A DNA stretch of 64,000 nt from Gammaproteobacteria bacterium (GTDB taxonomy: Bacteria; Pseudomonadota; Gammaproteobacteria; UBA4575), in assembly GCA_965222615.1 (NCBI GenBank), contig CBDCUI010000009.1, positions 832,001-896,000 on the forward strand, read 5' to 3'. Made by a program: the position numbers and the translations under genes. Shown piece after piece: positions 31,981 to 43,454 of the stretch (positions within the stretch are counted from its first letter, which is position 1; every line of letters begins with the position of its first letter). Below the pieces are notes generated by a model. The model was not told where the DNA came from. It saw only the letters and a program-made list of their open reading frames with translations, and did not search any database.

Positions 31981-34248
31981 TTAGTCCTCAGACTCTAAAA
32001 AATGAACTTCAACTGCATCAATGCTGCGGTATCCGCGAGAGAGTTTTAAACCTCGATTACCTCGTTCACCGACATAGCTATCTACTTCATCGGCATTCAT
32101 TTTCTTAGTGCGTTTACCTGAGTATAAAGTAATAGATTCACCGTCCTGCACTAAAGTAATCACCCACATAAACTCATCACCGCTAGCTACTTTCTTACTC
32201 GGGATATTAATAATCTTATTGCCTTTACCTTTGGGGAGTACTGGTAAATCTTTAACTGGAATCACCAACATGTGTCCTTCAGTGCCAATGGCGACAATCC
32301 AGTCTTGATCAATATCACGAACTTTAACTGGGGCAAGTGCTTGAGCCCCCTTAGGCACTGACAATAACGCTTTGCCCGCACGATTGCGGGTAACCATATC
32401 TTCTAACTTACAGATAAAACCATAGCCCGCATTGCTAGCAAGCAAAAAATAATCATCCGCATCACCCATCATTGTGCCGACAAACTGCGCGCCATCAGCT
32501 GGTTTTAGTCGACCACTTAAAGGCTCACCTTGCCCACGTGCAGAAGGTAGTGAATGTGCAGGTAAGGCGTAGCACCTGCCACGAGAATCTAAAAATAATG
32601 CTAATTGATTAGATTTTCCGTAGGCATGCGCTTGATAAGCATCACCCGATTTGTAATTCAATGAACGCACATCCACATCCGTTCCTTTAGCTGCACGCGC
32701 CCAACCTTTTTGTGACAGTATTATTGTAATGGGTTCAGAAGGTACTAGCTCAGACTCATCTATTGCACTTGCGGCTTCGCGCGGAACAAGTTTGCAACGT
32801 CGTTGATCACCAAATTCCTCCGTATCTTGTTTTAATTCTTTTTTAATCAGTGTTTTTAAACGCTGACTAGACTTTAAAGTTTGTGTAAGGCTTTTGCGCT
32901 CCTCGCCTAATTCTTTCTGTTCTGTTTTGATTTTTATTTCTTCTAATTTTGCTAAATTTCGTAAACGCAAATTCAAAATAGCTTCTGCTTGTTCATCACT
33001 TAGCTTGAATTTTTTCATCAATTTAGTTTTTGGATCGTCTTCTTTACGGATGATTTTAATAACTTCATCTATATTTAAATATGCAATTAATAATCCATCT
33101 AGCACATGTAAACGTACTTCTACTTTGTCCAAGCGCCATTGCAATCGACGTTTTACTGTTTGAGTTCTAAATACAAGCCATTCTTTCAGTAAGTCCCGTA
33201 TATTTTTGACTTGTGGACGCCCATCAATACCAATAACATTTAAATTAATGCGATAGTTTCGTTCCAGATCAGTAGTCGCAAACAAATGCGACATCAATGC
33301 TTCTGTATCAATACGATTACTGCGCGGCGTAATTACAATTCTAATTGGATTTTCGTGGTCTGATTCATCACGTAGATCTTGAACCATGGGTAACTTTTTA
33401 GCCTGCATCTGCTGCGCTATTTGCTCTAACACCTTGGCGCCCGACACTTGATACGGCAATGCCGTAATAACGATATCTCCGTCTTCTTCATTACATTGCG
33501 CACGCATACGAATTGAACCAGTACCGGTTTTATATGCTGCACGTATTTCTTTAGTAGCCGAGATAATCTCTGCGCCGGTTGGATAATCTGGCCCTTTTAT
33601 ATATTTACACAGCTCTGCTACTGTAGCTTTAGGATGATCTAGCAAATGAATACAAGCATTCACCACTTCATTTAGGTTATGCGGAGGGATATCTGTCGAC
33701 ATGCCTACTGCAATACCCATGCCTCCATTTAACAATACATTAGGCAAACGTGCAGGAAGCACACTAGGTTCAGACAGAGTGCCATCAAAATTTGGCACCC
33801 AATCGGAAGTTCCTTGATCCAGCTCTTGTAGTAAGGCTTTTGCATATCGAGTAAGCCGAGACTCGGTATAACGCATTGCCGCAAATGATTTGGGATCATC
33901 TGTAGACCCCCAGTTACCTTGCCCATCAATAAGTGGATAGCGATAAGAAAATTCCTGTGCCATTAACACCATCGCTTCATAACATGCGCCATCCCCATGC
34001 GGGTGATACTTACCGATGACATCGCCGACCGTACGAGCAGATTTTTTCGGTTTTGAAGCAGCCGATAATCCCAATTCAGACATGGCGTAAATGATTCTGC
34101 GTTGCACAGGTTTTAATCCGTCACCAATATTTGGCAAGGCACGATCTAAAATAACGTACATGGAGTATTCCAGATACGCCCTTTCAGCAAATTCTTGAAT
34201 AGGCAATCTCTCAGACTGCTCAAAATCCATTTCTAAGTTTTCGCTCAT
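31981..34248 (-). CDS. parC: DNA topoisomerase IV subunit A
   Basis: [28 protein letters not shown]. Confidence 0.97.
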   Translation of the reverse strand: MSENLEMDFEQSERLPIQEFAERAYLEYSMYVILDRALPNIGDGLKPVQRRIIYAMSELGLSAASKPKKSARTVGDVIGKYHPHGDGACYEAMVLMAQEFSYRYPLIDGQGNWGSTDDPKSFAAMRYTESRLTRYAKALLQELDQGTSDWVPNFDGTLSEPSVLPARLPNVLLNGGMGIAVGMSTDIPPHNLNEVVNACIHLLDHPKATVAELCKYIKGPDYPTGAEIISATKEIRAAYKTGTGSIRMRAQCNEEDGDIVITALPYQVSGAKVLEQIAQQMQAKKLPMVQDLRDESDHENPIRIVITPRSNRIDTEALMSHLFATTDLERNYRINLNVIGIDGRPQVKNIRDLLKEWLVFRTQTVKRRLQWRLDKVEVRLHVLDGLLIAYLNIDEVIKIIRKEDDPKTKLMKKFKLSDEQAEAILNLRLRNLAKLEEIKIKTEQKELGEERKSLTQTLKSSQRLKTLIKKELKQDTEEFGDQRRCKLVPREAASAIDESELVPSEPITIILSQKGWARAAKGTDVDVRSLNYKSGDAYQAHAYGKSNQLALFLDSRGRCYALPAHSLPSARGQGEPLSGRLKPADGAQFVGTMMGDADDYFLLASNAGYGFICKLEDMVTRNRAGKALLSVPKGAQALAPVKVRDIDQDWIVAIGTEGHMLVIPVKDLPVLPKGKGNKIINIPSKKVASGDEFMWVITLVQDGESITLYSGKRTKKMNADEVDSYVGERGNRGLKLSRGYRSIDAVEVHFLESED

Positions 34249-34294
34249 ATTTGTTGTACTAAAATTTTCGTCATACTCTATTTGTTGCTACACA

Positions 34295-36184
34295 TTATTG
34301 CACTTGCACAAGATTTCCTTTTTTCTCCAGCCAAACTTTTCGATCCGAAGCACGTTTTTTTGCTAACAGCATATCGATTAACTGAAATGTGTTTTTCTCA
34401 TCGTTTAATGCAAGTTGCACTAGACGCCTTGTGTCTACTGCCATGGTGGACTCACGCAATTGCATTGGATTCATTTCGCCAAGACCTTTAAAACGGGTAA
34501 TGGTTACCTTACCTGTCTTTTTCTCTGCCTTGATTTGATCTAACACTCCTTGTTTTTCCTCTTCATCTAATACATAAAAAACTTCTTTGCCGACATCGAC
34601 ACGAAACAATGGTGGCATTGCCATGTACACATGACCTGCTTCCACCAAAGTTTGAAAATGTTGTAGGAATAAGGCACACAACAGAGTCGCTATATGTAGT
34701 CCATCCGAATCAGCATCTGCTAACACACAAATTTTTCCATAACGCAGATTAGAAAGGTCCTTGCTGCCAGGCTCAACCCCGATGGCAACCGATATATCAT
34801 GCACTTCTTGTGAACCGAGCACTTGATCCGATCCCACTTCCCAGGTATTTAAAATCTTACCACGTAGTGGCATCACTGCTTGAAATACTCGATCCCGTGC
34901 CTGTTTTGCAGAGCCTCCTGCTGAATCACCTTCTACCAAAAATAACTCAGTCCGTGATAGGTCCTCTGAAGAACAATCCGCCAACTTCCCCGGCAACGCT
35001 GGGCCAGTGGCAACTTTTTTGCGAACAATTTTTTTGTTTCGCTTTAATCGCAACTCAGCATTGCTTATGGCGATCCGTGCAATCTGTTCTCCTGCTTCAC
35101 TATTTTGATTCAGCCAATGCCCAAATGAATCTTTGACGATACCAGCGACAAATACTGCTGTTTCACGCGAACTCAAACGCTCTTTAGTTTGGCCTGCAAA
35201 TTGAGGATCTTTAACTTTAACCGATATGATGTAGCTTAGTTTTTCCCATACATCTTCAGGCGCCAACTTGACCCCTCTTGGTAATAATTTTCTAAATTCG
35301 CAGAATTCACGCAATGCTTCTGTTAAGCCTGTGCGCAAACCTGAAACATGGGTTCCACCTTGTGAGGTTGGCACTAAATTTACATAGCTTTCTTTTAAAC
35401 CTTCTCCTTCACCAATTAACCAAGTTAACGCCCAATCGGCAGCTTCTTGCTCTCCTTCAAAGTGTTCACAAAATATTTCTTGTGGAACATATTCGAATCC
35501 GGCAACGGATTCTAATAAATAATCTTTAAGCCCATCAGTATAATTCCACTCATATTTCTTTTTATTAATTTGATCATCAAAATTAATAGTAAGACCAGGA
35601 CAAAGAATCGCTTTAGCACGCATTACATGCAATAATTTAGAAACAGAAAACTTATCGCTCTCAAAGTACTTTACATCTGGCCAAAAACGTATTGTTGTGC
35701 CTGTATTTCTTTTTCCTACAGTACCCACCACTTCAAGATCAGAAACTTTTTTCCCGCCTTTAAAAGCCATGTTGTACTCTTTACCTTGTCTTTTTACCCA
35801 TACCTCGAGATGCTTAGATAATGCATTTACAACCGATACACCAACACCATGTAGACCGCCCGAATAGGTATAGTTTTTATCAGAAAACTTGCCGCCGGCA
35901 TGCAAAGTGCTAAGTACGACCTCAACGCCAGGACGCTTTAATTTAGGATGTTTATCTACCGGCATACCACGGCCATCGTCAGCGACTTCAAGTGACCCAT
36001 CTTTATATAACTTGACAGCGATCGTCTTAGCATGTCCGGAAATGGCTTCATCGACACTATTGTCAATAACTTCATGCGCTAGGTGATTAGGCCGTGATAT
36101 GTCGGTATACATCCCAGGCCGCTTACGCACAGGCTCAAGCCCACTTAATACCTCAATATCCGAAGCATCGTATTTTCCCTTCAT
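34295..36184 (-). CDS. parE: DNA topoisomerase IV subunit B
   Basis: EVIDNSVDE, VEGDSAGGS, PLRGKILN, DADSDG; 629 aa, upstream of parC. Confidence 0.97.
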   Translation of the reverse strand: MKGKYDASDIEVLSGLEPVRKRPGMYTDISRPNHLAHEVIDNSVDEAISGHAKTIAVKLYKDGSLEVADDGRGMPVDKHPKLKRPGVEVVLSTLHAGGKFSDKNYTYSGGLHGVGVSVVNALSKHLEVWVKRQGKEYNMAFKGGKKVSDLEVVGTVGKRNTGTTIRFWPDVKYFESDKFSVSKLLHVMRAKAILCPGLTINFDDQINKKKYEWNYTDGLKDYLLESVAGFEYVPQEIFCEHFEGEQEAADWALTWLIGEGEGLKESYVNLVPTSQGGTHVSGLRTGLTEALREFCEFRKLLPRGVKLAPEDVWEKLSYIISVKVKDPQFAGQTKERLSSRETAVFVAGIVKDSFGHWLNQNSEAGEQIARIAISNAELRLKRNKKIVRKKVATGPALPGKLADCSSEDLSRTELFLVEGDSAGGSAKQARDRVFQAVMPLRGKILNTWEVGSDQVLGSQEVHDISVAIGVEPGSKDLSNLRYGKICVLADADSDGLHIATLLCALFLQHFQTLVEAGHVYMAMPPLFRVDVGKEVFYVLDEEEKQGVLDQIKAEKKTGKVTITRFKGLGEMNPMQLRESTMAVDTRRLVQLALNDEKNTFQLIDMLLAKKRASDRKVWLEKKGNLVQVQ

Positions 36185-36277
36185 ACACTCACCATGCGAA
36201 CTTCATATTGCGTTACGTTCAAATAATTCTCCAAATTAATAATTGTAGGAATAAATTGACAACAGTATCCTAATACA

Positions 36278-39200
36278 ATGTCTCAATCTACCAATGCTCA
36301 ACTTGCAATAGATCCAAATAAAAATATTGCGGTATTTGCATCGGCAGGTACTGGTAAAACACGGTTACTAGTACAGCGCATCATAAAACTACTACTCAAT
36401 GATGTAGATCCGTCCCATATATTAGCCATTACCTTTACGCGCAAAGCCGCTGCCGAAATGCGCGAACGCATGATGAAAATCTTAGAGGATTGGGCTGGAT
36501 CAGATGATCAACAATTACAACTTTCACTACAGGAACTTTCACACCCTCATAACCCTAGCAATATATCAAAAGCCAGAAAATTATATGAGAAATTACTATT
36601 TTCTGAATATGAAATTCGTATCACGACATTTCACGCATTTTGCCAAGATATACTAAAACGCTTTGCATTACATGCCGGTATCCCTGCCGGTTTTCACCTA
36701 ACTGAGACCACAGCAGAGTTAAAGCAAGAAGCTCGTAAACGGCTTTACAAAATTGCACATACAGGTAACGATAAAATACTAACTGATTCACTGCATGAAC
36801 TTTTACGACAGTGCTCTACAGTACATAATCTAAACAACATATTAGAAACATTTATTGACTCTCGCAGTGATTGGTGGAGCTTCACCGAAAACCAAGATGA
36901 CCCAGTTAACTATGCAATTAAATCCCTACAAAAATTTTTGCGCCTCGAAGAATCTGATGAACCTCAAAATCATCTACACATGATAGAGCGCTTACATGAA
37001 TACCAATCTTATCTACAACTACACGAAACGAGCACATTTCAAAAATATATTATCTATATAACTAACTTTACTAAAGCTAGTAAAAAAAATCAGCATTCTT
37101 TAGGGATTATACTTCCGATCTTTCTGAAAGTAGATGGAGAGCCACGACGAATTAAATACAGTAAAACTCTTGAAAAAAGTCTTGGGCCAAAAAAACTAGA
37201 CCGATTTATTGAATTACACAACGAGCTTATAGCGATTGTAATCGAAAAACTGGACGTAACCAAAAAGGAAAATCTTCTGACATTTAATCAAGCCTGGTTT
37301 TACGTTGGAAATCTCCTAATTAATGAATATCAACAATTAAAATTTGCTCGCAACACTTTAGATTTCGATGATCTGGAATGGTATTCCTATTTGCTACTTA
37401 ATAAACAAGATAATGCAGATTGGATTCAATATAAGTTAGATCAACGCATCGACCACATCTTGATTGATGAATTTCAAGACACTAATCCAACGCAGTGGAA
37501 TCTTATATTTCCATTGTTAGAAGAGCTAGCTGCTAAACTACAACAGAGCACCAAAAGTTTATTTTTCGTTGGTGACACCAAACAATCTATTTATGGGTTT
37601 CGACGCGCAAACCCTCAACTACAGTTCACTGCATCCACCTGGGCAAAGCGTCATTTAAATGCCGAGTTATTAGAAACCGATCTATCATTTCGATCATCAC
37701 CTGCAATCATTGACTTTGTAAATCGTGTTTTTGTAAACAGAGGAGCAGCTCTTATTAAAGAGTTCAGAGCACATCAAGCTGTACAAAATGATTTATGGGG
37801 ATATGTGCAAGTAAACTCTCTTATTACTCCTGCTAACAATATCGAAGATCAACTCGAGTTTAGAAATCCCCTATTACAGGCTAGAAAAAATGCTGAAATA
37901 AATTGCCACTATCAAGAAGGTCAATACGTGGCTAAACAGATAAATAAACTAATAAATAATTGTACATCCATTTATGAAAACGGACATAAACGGTTGTTAC
38001 ACTATGATGACATTATTATTCTGACCCGTAGTCGGATACACAGCCCACAAATCGAGCTTGCTTTGCGCGAACAAGGTATCCCCTACACAAGTATCAGCGA
38101 TAATAATTTTCTCAAACAGCTCGAAGTGCTAGATATTTTGGCGTTACTTACCTACCTAATACAACCGCATAATGATTTGGCTCTCGCACAAGTATTGCGT
38201 TCCCCATGTTTTGGCATTAGCGATGAAGATCTCATGGCTATAGTTAGCATAGATGCGAATAGTTGGCACGAAAAACTAGAAGTGCATGCAAAAAATTCGT
38301 CAAATTCAATCCTGTCGACAGCTTTCGAGAAACTTCAAAACTGGCGACATATGGCAAACCGCATACCAGTACATGATTTATTAGACAAAATTTATTTTGA
38401 AACCAATCTTCTCAAACGTTACTCAAGCAGCTGTACAACAGCAAAAAAAAATCATGTGCTTGCTAATTTAACATATATTCTTCAACTCACGCTTGATATT
38501 GATGCTGGCCGTTATTCAAGTGTTCAATCATTTTTAGATTCCCTACAAAAACTTAAGGCAAGTGAGATTTGCACAAACAACGCAGATATTGACCAGTATG
38601 ATGACAAAGCCGTACGCATTATGACTGTGCATTCGGCAAAAGGATTAGAAGCACCTGTAGTTTTTGTTATTGATACAGGAAGCAGCCCATCTAAACAACG
38701 CCCTTATCAAAAAATAGTAAATTGGCCTTCCTCTGCTAAACGACCTGAACAATTTTTTATCATAGGAAAAAAAGATACTATTGATAAAAAAACACAATTA
38801 CGACTTAAACAACAACTCAGTAAAGATTGGAACGAAGAATTAAACTTACTATATGTTGCCTTGACGCGTGCCAAACAATATTTGTTCATCAGCGGTGTAC
38901 AAACAAAGAAAGACCAGGACAATTGCTGGTTTTCGATTATTGAGCAAGCTCTAGATGATAATGGATACAACTCCAAAGAGAGCATTTGGACATTTACTCA
39001 TGGTAACCTTCCAGTTATAAAAGGTATAACAGAAAAGAAAAGCTTACCAGAAAATAAATCTGCCTTTGATTTTGCCAAACCATTTGCAATTACCGAGGTA
39101 CAGCTTTCTGAAAAAAATCAAACAGAAATTATTACCGAACCTATCGAACATGGCATTTTAGTTCATAAATTGTTTGAACTATTAACACAACAAGATATAA

Positions 39201-39655
39201 AAGATTCAAGTAAATTACATCGCGAAGCTGAATTTGCACTGACAAAAGAAATTAGCTTAGAGAAATTTTCTACAGCACTAGAAGAAGTAAACAATTGTAT
39301 CCACTCTCCAGAACTCAAAGAAATATTTGTGCTAAATCCTGAAAAAGAGATATTAAGTGAAGTCCCTGTTTGTTACCGTGAAAACGGACAAGTGCTTTAT
39401 GGCATCATAGATCGGCTGATAATCTCTGATAAAACCACCTGGATTATTGATTTTAAAACTACGGCCGAGGTTACTAAGAGCTCCATACAGCAACAAGCGC
39501 AACACTATCGACAGCAAATTTCTAACTACTTCTCTGCTGTAAAAACCATGTACCCAAAAAAAGACATCCGTGCTTCTATTCTTTTTACCTCAATATCAGC
39601 ACTATATACATTTGACACTAATGAACTCACAAACCAAATTACAGTAAGAAACTAG
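36278..39655 (+). CDS. AddA/RecB-like UvrD helicase-nuclease
   Basis: ASAGTGKT Walker A, DEFQD, VGDTKQSIYGFR, YVALTRA, C-terminal GIIDRL...IDFKT nuclease. Confidence 0.9.
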   Translation: MSQSTNAQLAIDPNKNIAVFASAGTGKTRLLVQRIIKLLLNDVDPSHILAITFTRKAAAEMRERMMKILEDWAGSDDQQLQLSLQELSHPHNPSNISKARKLYEKLLFSEYEIRITTFHAFCQDILKRFALHAGIPAGFHLTETTAELKQEARKRLYKIAHTGNDKILTDSLHELLRQCSTVHNLNNILETFIDSRSDWWSFTENQDDPVNYAIKSLQKFLRLEESDEPQNHLHMIERLHEYQSYLQLHETSTFQKYIIYITNFTKASKKNQHSLGIILPIFLKVDGEPRRIKYSKTLEKSLGPKKLDRFIELHNELIAIVIEKLDVTKKENLLTFNQAWFYVGNLLINEYQQLKFARNTLDFDDLEWYSYLLLNKQDNADWIQYKLDQRIDHILIDEFQDTNPTQWNLIFPLLEELAAKLQQSTKSLFFVGDTKQSIYGFRRANPQLQFTASTWAKRHLNAELLETDLSFRSSPAIIDFVNRVFVNRGAALIKEFRAHQAVQNDLWGYVQVNSLITPANNIEDQLEFRNPLLQARKNAEINCHYQEGQYVAKQINKLINNCTSIYENGHKRLLHYDDIIILTRSRIHSPQIELALREQGIPYTSISDNNFLKQLEVLDILALLTYLIQPHNDLALAQVLRSPCFGISDEDLMAIVSIDANSWHEKLEVHAKNSSNSILSTAFEKLQNWRHMANRIPVHDLLDKIYFETNLLKRYSSSCTTAKKNHVLANLTYILQLTLDIDAGRYSSVQSFLDSLQKLKASEICTNNADIDQYDDKAVRIMTVHSAKGLEAPVVFVIDTGSSPSKQRPYQKIVNWPSSAKRPEQFFIIGKKDTIDKKTQLRLKQQLSKDWNEELNLLYVALTRAKQYLFISGVQTKKDQDNCWFSIIEQALDDNGYNSKESIWTFTHGNLPVIKGITEKKSLPENKSAFDFAKPFAITEVQLSEKNQTEIITEPIEHGILVHKLFELLTQQDIKDSSKLHREAEFALTKEISLEKFSTALEEVNNCIHSPELKEIFVLNPEKEILSEVPVCYRENGQVLYGIIDRLIISDKTTWIIDFKTTAEVTKSSIQQQAQHYRQQISNYFSAVKTMYPKKDIRASILFTSISALYTFDTNELTNQITVRN

Positions 39656-39804
39656 GATCGATTTCAAAATAGTAGATAGCCTGCCCAGGCAAACATAGGA
39701 CATTCGAAAAGCAGAGTTTATAATAAAGTTAGCTTACAACGCACAGCATTTAAAAACGTTCTGTAACGCAGTATCAACATGCTAGATACATTTTGAGATC
39801 GGTT

Positions 39805-40533
39805 TTAGTTTTGTTTAGCAACAGAATCCAACATTTCTGCCAATTCTTTTGCTGGCCGATAACCCGGTATCATCGTACCATTTTCTAAAAGCAATGCAGG
39901 CGTGCCACTAACGCCCATTTGCTTCCCTACTAGCATTTGTTCTTCAACCGGATTATTACATTGCGCTTCTGGCACGGTTTCACCCGCCTTGGCTTTTGTC
40001 ATCGAACTTTGTTGATCTTTATTACACCAAACATTCACGGCCTTTTGGTATGAGGGAGTATTCACACCACTTCGTGGAAACATCATGTAACGTACTTTTA
40101 TTCCATAGCTGTGCAATTGATCCATTTCTGAATGCAACTTACGGCAATACCCACAATCGATGTCAGTAAACACCGTAATAGTATGTCGCTGTTTTTTGGG
40201 GGCAAATACAACCATTTCTGATTCGTCAAGTTCCTTGAGAAGATTAGTTCGAATATCTATACGCGCGGTCTCAGTTAGGTTTTCATTGGTGTCTAAATCG
40301 ACTAATACACCTTGTAATACGTAACGACCATCTGCAGAAAAATAAAATACTTCAGCACCATACGTCACCTCATAGATACCTGGTAAAACAGTAGGTTTAA
40401 TCGAACTAGCCTGGTCTTGTGGAGCTAATTTTTCTAAACGTGCTTTAATAACGGCAATATCTTCTGCTTCGTCAGCCCAAACAACATTCGCACAAAATAT
40501 CAAAAATAAACCGTATAAAAATAGAGTACGCAT
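39805..40533 (-). CDS. dsbC: Thiol:disulfide isomerase DsbC
   Basis: FTDIDCGYCRKLH, GTP; signal peptide from MRTLF (40533); xerD-dsbC order. Confidence 0.95.
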   Translation of the reverse strand: MRTLFLYGLFLIFCANVVWADEAEDIAVIKARLEKLAPQDQASSIKPTVLPGIYEVTYGAEVFYFSADGRYVLQGVLVDLDTNENLTETARIDIRTNLLKELDESEMVVFAPKKQRHTITVFTDIDCGYCRKLHSEMDQLHSYGIKVRYMMFPRSGVNTPSYQKAVNVWCNKDQQSSMTKAKAGETVPEAQCNNPVEEQMLVGKQMGVSGTPALLLENGTMIPGYRPAKELAEMLDSVAKQN

Positions 40534-40625
40534 AATTATTCCCAATTTTTTTCCTTTAGGGTTTGAGTGTTTATATAAGACCGTATCCAGCAGAATAAAT
40601 TTCATCTACTGTAGTTTATGCTATT

Positions 40626-41543
40626 TCAGCCACGTGGGTGATGCTTACGATGTAACTCCTGAAGTCTAGCCTGTGCAACATGAGTGTATATTTGGGTAGT
40701 AGAAAGATCACTATGCCCTAACAGCATCTGTACCACTCGCAAATCTGCACCATGATTCAACAAATGTGTTGCAAAAGCATGACGAAGGGTATGCGGGGAT
40801 AGATGTTTAGTAATTCCAACTCGTTTTGCGTGTTTTTTAATCAGGTGCCAAAAGGCCTGACGAGTCATGGCAGTGCCTCGATTGGTAATAAATAAAGCAT
40901 CACATGGTTGGTTGGTTTTTAATAGATCGGGACGTGCTTCATTTACAAATTTAGAAATCCACTCACTTGCTTGCTCACCAAATGGGATTAATCTTTCTTT
41001 ATTGCCTTTACCCATGACTCGGATTACCCCATGATTGAGGTTGACCTGATTTAGAGTTAAACCAACGAGTTCACTCACCCTCAATCCACATGCATACAAG
41101 ACTTCAAGCATGGCGCGATCACGAACACCGTGTGCTTTTTCTATATTAGGAGCGGCCAGTAAACGTTCAATCTCTTCTTCGGTTAAGGTCTCAGGTAATG
41201 GTCGCCCCAACTTAGGAAACTCGATTTGCGCAGAAGGGTCTTTCTGCACCGTACCTTGCCTGACAAGATAGCGATAAAAGCGCCGTATACTCGATAATAA
41301 TCTTGCCGAAGTACGCGGCATGCTACCTTGCTGAGCTCGGTAAGATAGATAATCTAATAAATGATCACGACGAGCTTCTGTAATATTAATCGGCAAATTT
41401 GAAAGCCAACGTGATAGACCCAACAAGTCATTTCGATATGCAGATAAGGTGTTTTCACTCAAGCCGTGTTCAACCCATAAGGTATCAAGAAACGCTTCTA
41501 TTATTGGCTGGTCTGTGGAAAAAGAAAAAGTAGACTCGCTCAT
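40626..41543 (-). CDS. xerD: Site-specific tyrosine recombinase XerD
   Basis: YACGLRVSEL, HTLRHAFATH, LGHSDLSTTQIYTHV, HHPRG end. Confidence 0.96.
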   Translation of the reverse strand: MSESTFSFSTDQPIIEAFLDTLWVEHGLSENTLSAYRNDLLGLSRWLSNLPINITEARRDHLLDYLSYRAQQGSMPRTSARLLSSIRRFYRYLVRQGTVQKDPSAQIEFPKLGRPLPETLTEEEIERLLAAPNIEKAHGVRDRAMLEVLYACGLRVSELVGLTLNQVNLNHGVIRVMGKGNKERLIPFGEQASEWISKFVNEARPDLLKTNQPCDALFITNRGTAMTRQAFWHLIKKHAKRVGITKHLSPHTLRHAFATHLLNHGADLRVVQMLLGHSDLSTTQIYTHVAQARLQELHRKHHPRG

Positions 41544-41785
41544 AAGCTATATTTCATTAACTTAAAATAACAAAGAAGGTAAAACATTGGGCTCAGCGTA
41601 GAACTACGCATAATAATATGGGGTAAACGAAATGCATTTTAAAACAGTTAAGTTATCTACTATCCATCATACTAGGTTCCTATTGTTTTTATTATTTGAA
41701 CTATTAATACTAAGTTTATCACTATACGGATAGTTTAAGAATTTCACATAATAAAATCAACTTTTGCCAAAATTCAAAACTTGAA

Positions 41786-42214
41786 ATGGAAAAAAGAAAC
41801 ATATCAAATAATTTATACGTTTCTCTCGCTAGACGGCTTGGTGCAATTTTTTATGATGTGCTAATTTTGCTAACGATATTAATTCTTACATCAATCATCA
41901 TCTCAATCCCTTTTAATATTACTCCTAGCCATCCTTTATTCTTTGTTTATCAGGGATGTATCTATTCTATATCATTCTTATTTTACGGTTGGTTTTGGAC
42001 ACATGGAGGACAAACCATTGGCATGAAAACCTGGAAATTTAAAATCACCTCTATCGATGGAAATCAAATAAGCTGGTTAAAAGCTTTGGTGCGATACCTA
42101 GTCGCTATCATTTCTTGGCTGCCGTTAGGATTGGGTTTCATCTGGTCTATGTTTGATCACAAAAAACGTACTTGGCATGATATTGCATCTCGGACTCAAC
42201 TAACACGTATTTAA
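41786..42214 (+). CDS. RDD family membrane protein
   Basis: RRLGAIFYD, GQTIGM, WHDIAS. Confidence 0.9.
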   Translation: MEKRNISNNLYVSLARRLGAIFYDVLILLTILILTSIIISIPFNITPSHPLFFVYQGCIYSISFLFYGWFWTHGGQTIGMKTWKFKITSIDGNQISWLKALVRYLVAIISWLPLGLGFIWSMFDHKKRTWHDIASRTQLTRI

Positions 42215-42220
42215 TTCAAA

Positions 42221-42351
42221 GGAAGCTCTGATTTATTCTGATATGGCGTTAAAATGATTTCTCAAAATACTCATGTATGTATCTATACACTCTGTTTTTT
42301 CGAAATCATTTTGCCTAATCTCAGTCATTTCATTAATAAATCAGAGCTCCC
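42221..42351 (+). mobile_element. MITE family A, copy 2
   Basis: Terminal IRs ggaagctctgatttatt / aataaatcagagctccc (16/17); between convergent RDD and lptG. Confidence 0.8.
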
Positions 42352-42374
42352 CTAAAAATCTTTGTTGGAGATAC

Positions 42375-43454
42375 TCAAGCCATCCTCTTAAATGTGATAG
42401 TGGCAATAACAATTACCAATAAAGTAGGAAAAAAAGCCCCCAACAAAGGTGGAAAACCATAAACTACGCTTGCATTACTTAAAATTCGGCTTAGTAAATG
42501 AAATACCACCGCTATCGCAATGCCCAAGGCTATGCGCTGACCTAATCCACCTGCCCGTACGGAACGAAATACAAAAGGAACCGCAAGTAACAACATTGCA
42601 ATTCCCGATAAAGGCACTGCAAAGCGATTATAATAAGCCAATTGATAACGAAGTGAATTTAATTCATTTTCGTCAAGATACTTAACATATTTCTTTAGCT
42701 TCTTTGCACTCATAAATTCTGGCTTCACAGTCATTACATCAAACAAATCTGGAGAAACAAGTCGCTCCCAATGCTCTTCTTGCGCTGCAACGGTCTCTAT
42801 CCCTTGCGTTGAAATCAAACTATGACGAATGTTATATAAGCGCCACACCCCTTTTTCATACACTGCACTTTTGGCAAAACTTGCACGCTTCAATTTATGT
42901 TCTTCATTCAATTCATAAACCCAGACATCTGTCATACGATAGTCTGGAAACACTTGTTGTACATTGATAAAGCGATTCCGATCACGCACCCATAAACCAT
43001 GGCGTGAACGTATAGATATCTTACGCATATCGCTCGTTTTATTAAGGCTGCGTACATAGCCCTCGGTAGTTGGAGCAATATATTCACCCACCCATATACT
43101 TACAATGATAAGCAATATACCTACTTTTAATACCGACCAAAGTATGCGTAATTTACTAACTCCAACCGAGCGTAGTGCAACAAGTTCACTTCTTGCTGCC
43201 ATGCCACCTAGACCGATTAACGTACCTAATAATAACGCAGTCGGCATGAATTCATATAAGCGTTGCGGCATGCCAAACAATAACTTCAATATTGCATGCC
43301 TTACCGTGAAACCACGCTTGCCAACAGATTCCAAATCGTTAATTAAATCAATTATCGAATCAATAGAAAAAAGGATGAGTAATGCTAATAGCGTGCCAAA
43401 GAAAACAGTCCTTCCCAAATATCGATCAAAATATTTAAATGGATTGATGTTCAT
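42375..43454 (-). CDS. lptG: LPS export permease LptG
   Basis: FDRYLGR, SELVALRSVGVS, GLWVRD; downstream of lptF. Confidence 0.92.
   Translation of the reverse strand: MNINPFKYFDRYLGRTVFFGTLLALLILFSIDSIIDLINDLESVGKRGFTVRHAILKLLFGMPQRLYEFMPTALLLGTLIGLGGMAARSELVALRSVGVSKLRILWSVLKVGILLIIVSIWVGEYIAPTTEGYVRSLNKTSDMRKISIRSRHGLWVRDRNRFINVQQVFPDYRMTDVWVYELNEEHKLKRASFAKSAVYEKGVWRLYNIRHSLISTQGIETVAAQEEHWERLVSPDLFDVMTVKPEFMSAKKLKKYVKYLDENELNSLRYQLAYYNRFAVPLSGIAMLLLAVPFVFRSVRAGGLGQRIALGIAIAVVFHLLSRILSNASVVYGFPPLLGAFFPTLLVIVIATITFKRMA

Noticed and set aside
40626-41543. Integron or phage integrase serving the left-end array
   Set aside because: Typical XerD (HHPRG end, xerD-dsbC synteny), no IntI-specific insertion, and 38 kb away
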